Source: Priapulus caudatus
Lineage: Eukaryota
Assembly (NCBI RefSeq): GCF_000485595.1
Contig: NW_014577086.1
Coordinates: 299,630-363,629 of the forward strand
Length of the DNA stretch: 64,000 nt
Reading direction: 5' to 3'
Shown: positions 1 to 13,400 of the stretch, piece by piece
How the letters are laid out: each line of letters opens with the position of its first letter
Numbering within the stretch: position 1 is the stretch's first letter
Translations under genes and position numbers: made by a program
Notes under the pieces: model-generated
What the model was told of the DNA's origin: nothing
The model's input: only the letters and a program-made list of their open reading frames with translations
The model's database searches: none

Positions 1-102
1 GTGTGCACGTACACGTACGTGTGTACGTGCGTGCGTGTGTGCGTGTGTGTGTGTGTGTGTGTGCGTGTGTGTGTGTGTGTGTGTGCGTGTGTGTCTATGT
101 GT
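1..102. repeat. (GT)n/(GTGC)n microsatellite
   Basis: Directly visible. Confidence 0.9.
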
Positions 103-245
103 ACTAGTTATATATATATACGCCTAGTGAGAGCCCAAAATGGGCAATACACAGAATAATAATGTAGTACAAATATCTATCGCTATAAAGTTCACAGATC
201 ATCTTTTGTTCAAATTCTTTAGTCATTCTCTTTATGTTGAAGCAT

Positions 246-1237
246 TCACAAGTTGTATGCACAAGACCTCTCCACTCCTGTCTGTACAACATTTTTCCAC
301 TGATCAAGAACATTACCACACCTCATAGCACCTTTGCAGGTATCCTTATATCTCAATTTAGGGCAACCAACAGATCGGGATCCATTTGCTAGCTCGCTGT
401 ATAGGAGTGCCTTTGCTGGTCTGTCATTACCCATTCTACAGACGTGGCCAAACCAACGCAGACGACTTCTAAATAGCTTCAACTCGATGTCTTCAACAGG
501 CTCAACACCCGCTCTGTTCAGGACCTCCTCATTACTGATGTAATGATCCCATTTAATAGGCATGATTAAGCGCAGGTGACGTTGTTGTATTGTTCTCAGT
601 TGTCGAACTTGATGATGGTGCAGAGTCCAGGTTTCACTGCCGTACATCAGAAGTGGCATAAGACACTGGTTCTAGACTTTGACTTTAGTGTTTATTGTAA
701 GGTCACGTGAGTTGAACACTCTTTGACGTAGTCGACCAAATGCACATGATGTTGCTTGGATACGGGCTGCAAGTTCCTCTTTCATAGAGCAGTCATTTGT
801 TACATAGCTGCCAAGGTATTTGAAGCGGGTGACGTTCGCTAACTTGGTGTCAGCTATGAAGAACTCAGCTTCAGTACCAATGCACATGGTCTCTGTCTTT
901 GCAGTCTTAATACGTAGTCCCATCTTCTTAGCAAGGTCGTTGTAAGCTGTGAGTAACAAGTGTAGTCCCGCTGAAGTGTCACTGAATATGGCTAGTATAT
1001 CGTCTGCATATTGAGCCTCCCTGATGTACTCGGTAAGAACTTTGGTCTTTGACTTCAGTCTTCGAAAATCAAATAGATCACCATCATAGCAAAATCTCAC
1101 CTTTACACTGCAGGTGTGCTTGATTTTCTTATAAGCAAGACAAAGTAAAACAGCTGCATAGATGCCATAGAGTGTTGGTGCTAGCTTACAACCCTGCTTG
1201 ACACCACTGTTGTACTCAAAGGCCTGTGTGAGTTCAC

Positions 1238-1238
<1 letters not shown>
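246..1238 (-). mobile_element. 5'-truncated non-LTR retrotransposon (RTE-like LINE), C-terminal reverse transcriptase region, inactivated
   Basis: ORFs 672-1352 and 246-659 are in one frame, split by a single TAG at 672-674. Motifs GVKQGC-LAP-LY, YADD, FKYLGS, YGSETW and RLRWFGHV-RM are typical of RTE-clade RT. Lies in sulfatase intron 5. Confidence 0.88.
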
Positions 1239-1272
<34 letters not shown>

Positions 1273-1289
1273 ACGACGCCGCCACCTAC

Positions 1290-1574
1290 CGTCCTTCGGG
1301 CTGTATCGGGCGGCGTGTATGTCGCGGCCGCAGTAGTGGAACATGACGTCATGCGGCGTCTCGTCGGCGCGGCCCGTGATGAGCGGCCACACGTTGCGTC
1401 CGTCGATGACGCGGTTGGCGGGCAGCGGCACGTCGAGCACGTGGCACAGCGTCGGCAGCACGTCCATGAGCGACGTCGGCTGGTGGACGACGCGGCCCGC
1501 CGGCACGACGCCCGGCCACATCATCGCCGTCGGCACGCGCAGGGCACCCTCCATCCCGCCCATGCACTTACCAC
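1290..1574 (-). CDS. Sulfatase exon 5
   Basis: [15 protein letters not shown]...IDGRNVWPL...MFHYCG...SPKD; tag acceptor, G|GTAGGT donor. Confidence 0.9.
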
Positions 1575-4500
1575 CTAGAGACGCCACCAGAGAGAGAGAG
1601 AGAGAGAGAGAGAGCATTCACACGATGATCGCAGCCGCTTCAGTCATCGAATCAGAGTACATTCCGACAGACATGCTCCAATGAGCACGTAGTCTGGACT
1701 TCACCTGTGTTGCTTAAATTTTCGGGTAACGCGCAGTGATTAACGCATGGCCTTCGTCGCATCGATTCCTTAGCTGGTGTGCGCATAATTTGGATATAAT
1801 TTCCTTCGTTATGGGCGCGCAAACGTTTCTATTGATTCACGTTGCTCGCTAGCACCGCATCAGTCGGTCTACCGTAGCTCCTAGCGAGGGAACAAATGAA
1901 AGTGGCAATGACACTGTAGCTCACCTTGGGTGTGATAGAAGAGGAAGGGGGGGATATATAAAGCAAGAGTATATATGGGAGACCTCCCATTACATAGCAT
2001 ATCTCCCATTATGTACTCTTGATAATGATATATGCATAAGTTTTAATGCGAAAATAAATGTTTCAGATCTGAAAGTCTGAAATCTTGACGAGAGATGGTG
2101 CTACGCTTAAATGATCGCCATTTTGATTTTCGAATATCGCGCAAATAAAAACAATAAAATATTTCAGTCAAATTAGGTAACGAAAAATCTAAAACACAAT
2201 ATTACACGTATATAGGTATGATTGTAGAGTTGTTGACCAGTTAGACAAAATAAACGTAATAGGACGTTGTCATCTCTCCCATAGGAGCAACAACTGTTTT
2301 GGGGCTAGCCTTACACATTCACATACCAAAATTTAACAAAATCGAATGAATTTAGATGGCCATTTTCATTTTTGCCAAAAAGTTGGTCTGGCTCGAAAGT
2401 AGGTCGACTGGCGTGCTCCAAAATAGGAAGTTCAAATCTCTCCCATAGGAGTAACAACTGTATTCAATTTGAAACATGTGGGTCAAACGGTTCTTGAGTT
2501 ATCGTTGACCATAGGCAGACACTGAAATGCATAGTGAAATTGCCAAAATCTATATAATTTGCATAATAATAATAAAAAACCAAAACCCGTGTGATATGTT
2601 TTGGGCCCAGTCCTTATTCATTCACATACTAGAAATGAGCAAAATCCGTTGAACCTGAACTGACTTATGGCCATTTCCATTTTTGCCAAAAAGTGGACGT
2701 GGCTCAAAAGTAGGTCGACTGGCGTGCTCCAAAATAGGACGTTCAAACCTCTCCCATAGGAGTAACAACTGCATGCAATTTGAAACATGTGGGTCAAACG
2801 GTTCTTGAGTTATCGTTGACCGTACGCAGACACTGAAATGCATAGTGAAATTGCCAAAATCTACCTAATTTGCATAATTAAAAATAAATAAAAACCTGTG
2901 TGATTAGGGTTGGGCCAGTCCTCATTCATTCACATACCAGAAATGAGCAAAATCCATTGAACCTGAACTGACTTGTGGCCATTTCCATTTTTGCCAAAAA
3001 GTGGATGCGGCTCGAATGTAGGTCAACTGGCGTGCTCCAAAATAAGACGTTCAAACCTCTCCCATAAGAGTAACAACTATATGCAATTTGAAACATGTGG
3101 GTCAAACGGTTCTTGACTTATCATTGACCGTAGCCAAATGTTGACGGACGGACAGACGGACAGACAGACGTACGACGGACGACACCCCATGGCAATAGCT
3201 CATCTTGACGATGTCAAGGCGAGCTAAAAATTATTGCCGAGGTGCTAAACGCGGACCGTTTTATGGTACTCGTATCTAAACAAAAGCAATTACGCGTGCA
3301 ACGAGGCAAACCTCGATCTAATGCCGTCCCACAGCAGCTACAGACATGCCTTTGAATATGCCATTCCAGCCGCCTTCACGCTGTCCGTCAAGACCTCTCT
3401 CCTCGACATGTCCGCCCTGGTCAGACGTGAAGTAGATGAGGGTGTCGTTCTGCATTCCCAGCCTCCGCACCGCTTTCAGAAGTTCCCCAACACACCAGTC
3501 CAACTCTTCCACGTTGTCCCCATAGCGACCATGTCTGCTTCGTCCCTTGAACCTGGAAAATAAATCATCTTGATGTACAGCAATTCCCCGGTAAATGACA
3601 AAAATGCATGTATTGAGAAATTCCGTATTGACTTCTATTATATAATTGGAGATACGTTCCTACCAAATGTTTTATGGCCAAAACAAGTAGGAAATCCTGC
3701 GGTCTCTCCTGATACAAACACAGAAATGAATAAATGTTGAAGAACATGTATATTGACTATAGAACGATGTAACACAGGAAAAGAGTTCAGAATGAGAATT
3801 ATTATTTGTAAAGTAGCATTCCAAATCTGGAATATACTGGATGCGGCGCACAAACTGTAACTTACACAATGACGAGTGCAAGCAAGCACTGTCAAGCACA
3901 TATTATATTGATTATTTAATAAACGCAAGTAGGCAGTTTATATTGAAATATCATCCTTAGACGTACAGATAACATATAGCAGATTTTAGTGTAAAACCCC
4001 AATTAATTTCGTTGAAACAATATATGTAAAAGCACATTTTTATTTTGTATAGCTAGTGGCCATAACTTACAAATCATGCACGGGCGAATTTATGCAACTC
4101 GAGTTATCCCGTACGGGAGAATACTGTTGTTGTTACCACAGGCACTTAATTGGGACAGAGTCAGTAAAAACTGAAAATAATATGAACGCATATTCACAAA
4201 TAGGCCCTACTACCGTACCTCTCAATTACAGTTCCACTGTTGCGTCACTGTATATCAACTTTCCTTCATAAAAATTAACGCCGAACGCTCCCGCACTCGC
4301 CGCTGCGAGTGTGCTGTGTCGCCATGATAATATATATATATATATCTTATATCTTATATCTTATATATAGCTTTATATATTATCATGGCGACACAGCACA
4401 CTCGCAGCGGCGAGTGCGGGAGCGTTCGGTGTAAGTTTTTATGAAGGAAAGTTGATATACAGTGACGCAACAGTGGAACTGTAATTGAGAGGTACGGTAG

Positions 4501-6337
4501 TAGGGCCTATTTGCGAATGTGCGTTCATATTATTTTTAGTTTTTACTGACTCTGTCCTAAGTGCCTGTGGTTGTTCTGCAACAACAGCAATATTCCCATA
4601 CAGCAATCTATGTTTCATTTATGGAGTAAATTAATGCATTTTAATTACGATCCGACATAAGCGAGGACGTACCGGTAGCAAGATTAACGTTGTATGCTCG
4701 GCGAAGAGAAATAGTTTTATGTAAAGCAGCTAGAGGTGTTTATAAATACTCGTTAAGTCTCGCAAAGAAAACAGCGCTTCAATTACGAGACGAAATAGAA
4801 TATCCTATTATAAATAATCTTTTGCACGATCCTATGCATTACCCCATACCATAAATAAAATAGCAACGTTAATATCAAGAAATCACACAGTTGCCATAGC
4901 AACCTTTCCATTTCCATGCAAACAAAAATGAGCCTGATTGAAGCACTTGGGATACTTCCCGTCAGGCATAGGAACTGTGCGTCACCGCAATTCAATCGGC
5001 CTTGCCCCTCTACGACGTACGAAGCTGCAGGGAGACACGACAAGAAAGCCTCATAATTGGTTTAGAGCTTTCACGAATATAACAAACCGACGCTGCGTTT
5101 ATTTGACCCTTTAATTAATGCGAAAATACACGAACACCAACCGATACTGTGTTCAGTTGCCCACCTAAAAGCGAAAATGCAAATACCAGCCACGCATAAT
5201 ACGTATCAGGAGGTACCCTGAGTGAGCGCGTATAGGCAACTCCATACAGATGAGCAATTTCCGCTCTCGTATATTTACAGCGAGGATAACATCTAGCTCT
5301 CAATACCGCGTCGAGTTTGTGCGAGGAAGTCGCATTTCGTGTTAAAGCAACGTAAATAGCGAACAGAGTCCCTTTTGCTTCAGCATCAACACTTAGCGGA
5401 AGACAGGGGCTAGGGAACAGCCCATCTATCTAGATCTGATGGCTATACATGGTCAAACGTCAATCTTGACGAAAGTGGCACACGTGTAGTACATGTGCTG
5501 GCGCAGTTGGACGTCCGATTTTCGTAAACACGAAGGAACGTTTCAGAAAAAAATGGCCAAGTAACACAGACGATGGAAAAATGTTCGACCTTTTAATAAA
5601 AGTGGTGCGCGCCAATATGGAAATCCGATTTTCGTTAAAACACCAGGCGGATTAACAGATTTCACGCGTAGAATAGAAAAGATCGCAGAAACAGTGTATG
5701 CGCTCACGCACACCCATGCGCGCGCACACACGCTCACACACACAGGCACTTGGACCGTTTCAATAATAAAATGATGGTTAATAAATACAACTTGTCAGTA
5801 CTACTACTAGCCCTACCACTACCAGTACCACTACCAGTACCAGCAATAGTCTTAATGTTTGATATAACTTCACTTCAACACCGTCTAATACGCCGCTGCA
5901 ACACATAGCCCGCACGCCATTGTGCATGCACAGATACACAGTAGGTTAGAACCTACTGTGTATCTGCTGTGTCTGCTCTGTAAGCTGCTGTATCTGCTGT
6001 GTAACTCTAACCTACTGTGTATCTGTGCATGCACAATGGCGTGCGGGCTATGTGTTGCAGCGGTGTATTGGACGGTGTTGAAGACGTGAAGTTATATCAA
6101 ACATTAAGACTATTGCTGGTACTGGTACTGGTAGGCCTACTGAGTACTGGTAGGGCTAGTAGCAGTACTGACAAGTTGTATTTAATAATAATTATTAACC
6201 ATCATTTTATTATTGAAACGGTCCAAGTGCCTGTGCTCACACACGTACGCACGCACGCACGCGCACACACACGCGCGCGCGCGCACGCACACACACACAC
6301 GCGCGCGCGCACGCACGCACGCACGCACGCACACACG

Positions 6338-6372
<35 letters not shown>

Positions 6373-7454
6373 GCATACACTCTGCTTTAATAGTTGTATA
6401 AAATAGCTGCTCTGGATACCTTGATGAAACCCTCTCTTCAGGTTTCTGGTCATTCTTCCATTACATACGCCTAGATTATTTATGCATCTGCTAAAAGCAT
6501 TTGAAACATTTCATCGTATAGTGCATATCATATCATCATTGTATATTTCATCGTATATCTGCATTTCGTAACGATAAAGGATATCAACACTTGTACCATG
6601 AATACTATGTTACTATATGAATACTATATATGCAACGTATACTACGTTCATGCTTATACTGGAAATATATATATATATTTTCTTTTCTTTTTACTGGGAA
6701 TATATATTAATAAGGTGCTACTAGTATATTCAAAGCAAAGACCAATATACGTTCCTATTTGTTCGTAAATGGAGACCATACGAGAAGAATACGTGAGACG
6801 CGTCTTCGAAAACACTTTAATAAGTACGAAACTACTAATAAGTATGGAAGTACTTATTATGACGAAAAACCATTCTCAAATACGCGCAGATAACACTTGA
6901 GTAGCGTCTTTCGACGCGTATAGATCTCGATCTGCAGAAAATACGCCAATCCTGTCACTTTCCCCACCACCACTGCTGGAAAAACAGTTTTACATAACAA
7001 GCTAGCTCCATACATCAGAAATCTCGCGGAAAACGCGTAAAAATCTGTGCAGCATGTCCTACTAACCGTCAACGACAACGGGACGATCTTTTCTCTTTTG
7101 AAACTCGGACCGCGTTACGCATGACGGACTCTCAATCGCTGCTGATCAACGGCAATCACGCAGCCGTGTCACAGATCTTCTATCGGAATCCGGCGCTCGC
7201 CGATCGATCGAGCAGTCGTCAGCTCTCCGCGCTTCAAGCGGCCGCCGACACGACATCTGCCGTCACACTTTTGATCGATCAGCGAGCGGGGTTGCAGCCC
7301 GAGGCGGTAGAAGGCGAGTGAAGCGGAGTCGGAGCACTCGACCACCGCGCGCAACGGGCCTATATACATGGCGATGTTTGTGATAGACAGCCCCCCCCCC
7401 CAACCACCCAACCAACCGCTGTAGCATGACCATCTCACCCCCAGTGACGAGACA

Positions 7455-7486
<32 letters not shown>

Positions 7487-10400
7487 CGTGATTGATTGAC
7501 ACATCGGGGATTTGATCTTCAATTGCCCGACAACAATGAGCAATTAGTGAGGAGGAATCCCGTGAGTATACTCGCAGGCAGGCAGGCAGGCTTCGCTCGG
7601 TCTCTCACGCGCGTGAGTATATACTCGCAGGCAGGCAGGCTTCGCTCGGTCTCTCACGCGCGTGAGTATACTCGCAGGCAGGCAGGCTTCGCTCAGTCTC
7701 TCACGCGCGTGACTATACTCGCAGGCAGGCTTCGCTCGGTCCCTCACGCGCGTGAGTACTCGCAGGCATCATCCGCGCTTCACACATCCCCCCACCAGCA
7801 GCAACGTTTAGTTCGAACGCGGCGAGTGCGTCGGTGTGGATCGCTGGCGTGGCGGTGATAGCTGCACTCACCAACTACCACCGGAAGCGCTTGCTGCCAG
7901 CGATTCACTGCTGCCGCCGACTCGCATGCCACACAGGTGGTTTACGTATCGCTTACAAGATCATTTGTTAGGGTGAGAAGATGTGCAGCGTAGTGCCTTT
8001 ATAGAGTTAAAAGAAAATCCCACGTGAAGCAAAAAAAAAAGTACGCTCCACCTGAGCGTTAATATGCAGTTATAGAATTTTACGAGATGGGATACGTTTG
8101 AAAAGCAAGTATAATGCCAGGTAACAGCTATAGTGAATGAACAAGCTGCAGCTAGAAGGCAACAAATAATCGTAATATATTTATACTATATTAAATTATA
8201 TAGAAGATTCCGGCGAGATATCGTCTGGTTTGTTAAATATTTATGGCGTTCGTGTGCCGCTTGGGGTCTTAAACCGCATGCAGCGATAATAAACATCAGA
8301 GAAAAGGGGGCCATATGCCACCGGAGAGATGACAAGCACCGTTGCAGTGTAATGTACACAGTTTTGCCTTGCAGCCAATCATGGATACACTGCGTGCAAA
8401 TATTCGTTGAGGACAATCCCATGATTACCAAACGTGACGAAGCAAATCAATGGTGCCAAACATCGGCCACCCTTCCTTGCATGCATGCTAAGATAATCCC
8501 ACTACGTCAGCACCCTTGCCTCACGAAGATCCGACCACGCGTATTGATTTGTAGACATCCGACTGTTGACCATAATCGGGAATGAACTGCACGATGTATA
8601 AATATCCTATCGCTCGTGTTCTCTTACACCAGGCTGTACGCCAAGCTATAATATGACTCACCGTCTACAAAATCACAAGCTCAAAAACCACGAGACCGGG
8701 ATTAATTCAATGACAGCGCAGATAACACGCGACGTCTGCACGCCAGCATGTCACGTTCGGCTTCCCTAATTAGATATACGGTAAGAGCGCCAAGATTCAC
8801 GAACTAGCCCCATAACACCATCGCAAACAGTATATGACGCATACACGTTACTTACGCCACAGTGAGCGTGCAACTAGAGACGGCGGCCATATTTGTCGAG
8901 AACGCCGCCGACATCTCGTTAATGTCATCTTGTCTACACTGTTGCTCGATCACTCTTAATTACAAGATAATATAGCCAGAAAATTAAGGCTAGTCATCGT
9001 GCTTATTAAAGCAATATGACCCATGCGCAAAACACTCGTGATCTCACTTATTAGATTTAATTCAATAAAGTTGGACATTAAACAAATTATATTGAGGTTG
9101 TTAAAATTATTATCTCTCAAATAAATCGAAAAATAATAACATGTAGAACAAGTGCTGCGGAGCGACAGCGCTCATCTAACGTCTACTGTGGTGGAATGGT
9201 GGGATTCTAGTAAACCCTGTTAGTCCCAAATGTGTTCACATACGCGCCGAAACAGTGGAAGGCACAGGGATGGTATCAGGAACCTTCTCAAAGGAATGTT
9301 CGTTGGGATCGTTATGAAAGTTGCCACGAGATGGCGCGTACGTTTAAGTGTCTTCAGATTAAAGATGGAAGCTCCCATCGTACGTAGTAGCAACAACTAT
9401 TTGCAAGACAGAATAGGTAAGCACTCATCCATTTACCTACGCAAGCCTACAGGCTAAAATAGAGAGCTGCCACCTGTAACTAATTAACGCACTAGCAGTG
9501 GCCACTGGCAGTGGCATACGTTACATGTAACACACTGACAGTACAGAATGCCATAGAAATTATACGATTTAAGGAGCATAAACCTTCTTCAACCAAATTT
9601 AGCTTTTGAAATTTCACTGTGACATTGTAGCCTCATACATCCAGGCATGTATAGATTCTACTAGCAAACCCGGCAGTCAAATTCTTTCTAACAGTAACAG
9701 TAAACAAATCCATGTTTAACCCGCCTCTTGAGGGTCAAAAGGTTATCCGACACTTACTCTTCGCATGTCAGCAGAAAGTACATTTCATGGTCCTTTCAAT
9801 AAAGCCATAAAAATGCTAGGTCACCACTGAAACAAAAAAGTTTTTCAATCGCTCCGTCAGACCATGTCCTCAGAAAATGTCTAAAATCTGCCCTGTGCCC
9901 ATTGACCTTTGACCTGTGACCTCCAATTTCGGCACAGTGATGGCTTTTCCTACCATGATGCTGTACACCGACTATCACGAGCCTAGGTCGAGCCGTTTAG
10001 ATTTGTGCCGCAATTCTGCATTTCCTCCCTATTCCTTAAATTAAGGAGGGAATGTTCCCCCTTCTTTTACACCTCTTGACCTTTGACCTTTGACCCCAGC
10101 TTCGACATCTCAACTCGTTTTCGGATTACCCCCCCACGTCCCGACTTTCGAATTCGTACGTCGAGCCGTTTAGATTGGTGCCCAACTGTTGACGGATGGA
10201 CGGACGGACGCACGGACGATCATGCGATTCTACAAGCTGCATCTGACTTCGTCAGATGAGATAAAAATTAGGTCTAGATGTAGAATTAAATAATCGAATT
10301 AGTGGAAATATTACTTATTACTGCGGCGAAAAAATTACCACAAGTTTGTTATTACAGGCTATAAAACAGCAAATAAACAACAAAAAAGCTTCGTAAAATT

Positions 10401-13400
10401 AAAACCTATATGGCTAAAGCACAATTAAGTGCGCCTGATTTTGAGAGATAAATTGTTCTAGACTAATACGTTTCCTTTCTCGACATGTATAAGGTAGCAA
10501 AGTGTAGAGTCGGGGTACCAGTTGATGGCATCTTGTGAGAATACCCTGCTATTGCTGTTAACATGTGTAACCAAATCTACTTCAAACTGATAAAAACTGG
10601 CATATATTGCTGAAAATAATGATATGTCAGTTTTTCAATACATGTTAGCATTAGAGAATACACTTGGTGTTTAAAAAAAAGGAGCTACAGCAAGTATCAA
10701 AGGGAGGGGAGGGTACAATATGGGAACAGTTGGGAAAACATAAAAAATCATTACCTAGCTGTGTGGGCTAAAGTATCAAGTGCTGGTTAAAGTTTGTCAT
10801 TATTAATTTAGGCAGGTCAGTATGACTAAGAGCTGAGAGTGTTGACTGGAACATGGCACTTAATTAATTAGTGTTAGCTTTGGGTTTGGCATGGGTTGTT
10901 GTCATTGTCTCTCTGGTTGTTGTTGTTGCTATTCGACTGTTAGGTTGTTGAATGCGGTGTTGGTCAGGGAGATGAGTGACGGGTATTAGGTGGGAGTGCC
11001 GGTTGGGACTCGTCACGGCTTAAGCTGGGTTTACACTACCGACTTTGTGTTGGCGAATTGGCGAACTGGACGAACTTCCCAACTATACAACCGACAATCG
11101 GCAATGTAAATGCAAAAGTTGCGCGACTAACTGATTGACAGCAACTAATTGGGAGATTAGAACACGTTCTATTTTTGTCAACTCGGAGTTGCCGAATTGC
11201 GAAATTGGTCCAACTGGCCAATTCGCCAACATGAAGTCGGTAGTGTAAACCCAGCCTTATGCTGCCCGGCCAGCGCGCGACTCACACCTACCGGTCGGCC
11301 GTGTGCAGGTACGTGTGCACCTGCACGAACGACATGAAGAGCATGAACGGCTGACCGCTGTGCGAGCGCGCGGTCAGATACTCGAGCGCCTCGCTGACGA
11401 GCCGCTGCGACAGGTTGTCGAAGCGGATCGGCTGCTCGATGTAGTCAAAGTCGCGCATGATGACGCTGTTGATGAACGTCATGTCGCACATGACGAGGTA
11501 GAAGACGCCGATCGGGACCGTCGTGAGGAAGAGCAGCGCGTAGAAGCCGGCCTTGTGCACGAGCTTCTTGCGGCGCAGCAGCAGCGTCACGAGCGTGCCG
11601 ACGAGCACAGTGCAGCCGAGGCCGACGTTCATGTTCGGCTTCGCCATCAGCATGACCGTGTTGCCGTCGCCGCTGAAGTCCTTCAGGTTGGTGAGCGGCA
11701 GGCCGTAGAAGTAGTCGAAGCCGTGGTTGAGCGGGTGGTGGCAGAAGTCGCCCTGCCACTCGCAGTTGATGCCCAGATGCCATTTGCCTGCAACGACCGA
11801 ACGGCATCTAAAGCTGGGTTTACACTACCGACTTTATTGGCGAATTGGCGAATTCGACCAACTTCCCGACTTTACAACCGACAAGCGGCAGTGAAAACGT
11901 GAAAGTCGGGCGAGCAACTGGTCGAAAGCAACTGGTTGGGAGATTAGAACACGTTCTATTTTTGCCAACTCGAAGTTGCAGAATTGCGAAATTGGTCCAA
12001 CTCGCCAATTTGACAACATGAAGTCGGTAGTGTAAACACAGCTTAACGTCTAGGAGACACGCTGCGGGCGACGACGATGACGACGCGAGCAAACGAGCAA
12101 CGTTCGATTACGATTTTACAAGATTAGAAACTATGGTTTTATGTTAGCTTTTACACACGCATACGATGACGTTCGGCGACAACCGTAACAACGAACATAT
12201 TTACAGTTGTTTTAAATTTCTAGCGACACGATTGTGCAGTATTACGTGAATGGCCAACTACAGCGCTGGACGTTTTCATCGGTATGTTTTAAAAACATTT
12301 CGTAGATCGCAATCGCAGATCGCATAGGATGCAGATCGCAATAGTGTCTGTCGGAAAGACCATTTTATGTCTTCAGGGAAATTCGGGTTTATAAAATCGG
12401 AGGCATTTATTGTGCAAGGGCGCCCATCTAAAAAACACATTTGGCTATCCATAGCACAGGACTTCGAAATCAACGGTAAGCCCATAGAACATTCAATCGT
12501 TTCAAGTTTAAATGTCCGCCTTTATTTAGCGAGAAAAAAGACGAACATTGACCTAACGCCAGTAGTTAACGCATACAGTCTGGTTGGGGCCAGTCACTGC
12601 TACTCAGATACTGAATGTATTGGCTGAAGTCTACCGGGTGTGAACTAACAGCGAGGTAGGCAGAGTACACTAGATGGTAAGAAAGTTGATAATGAGATTT
12701 GCTAGCAATAATGTAAATGGTCATGCATTAAAGGTGTGTGATTCCTGTTACACTGATTAGTGATAAAATGGTGATCTGATCTCTGGCAGGGTGGTAATCG
12801 GTGCATGAGTAAGGCCAGATTGAGACATCTGAAAAGGTTGCTTCACAGTAATAAAGGGTGGCGTTCTCACGAGCGTACATACAACCCTGGCAGCGTGTTG
12901 CACCGCTTACTGGCGCAGATGGGGTCGTTGTCGTATCAGGTACTACAGATATGTACATCTGTGCATCAGTTGATGATACACAGAAATCTGTGCATCACTT
13001 CGTGATACCTAAGGTGCCTAAAGTGGAGTTGCACCTATGATGACATCAATACATCTTTTTTGTTATACACAATAATGTATCATATTACTATCAGTATCAC
13101 TGTAGTATCAGTATCACATACTTGAGTGAAAATCTGAAAATGATGATTATCCATTTGTACATTCTTTAAATTGAAAACAGAAGTAATTGATTCACCAGGT
13201 ATTCAAGTTGATCACACGTGGTTTGAGTACATATTTCGCCACTGGTATTCAACATACAGGTGACGTTGATCACGTGTGGTTTGAATAGACCATGGACGCC
13301 CTTCTATGTGTGAAATCTACCTGCGCTTCTGACGCCCTCCAGAGGGCGTTTGCAGGGCGCCCTGCAGACGACCTCCGGAGGGCGTTTGCAGGGCGCCCTG

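Noticed and set aside
672..1352. Intact 226-aa RT gene or sulfatase-RT fusion
   Set aside because: The N-terminus is an off-frame exon plus microsatellite; the LINE is truncated and has an in-frame stop.
11303..11902. Plus-strand 199-aa ORF (also 1198-1578 and 46429-46896)
   Set aside because: Antisense shadows of GC-rich exons.
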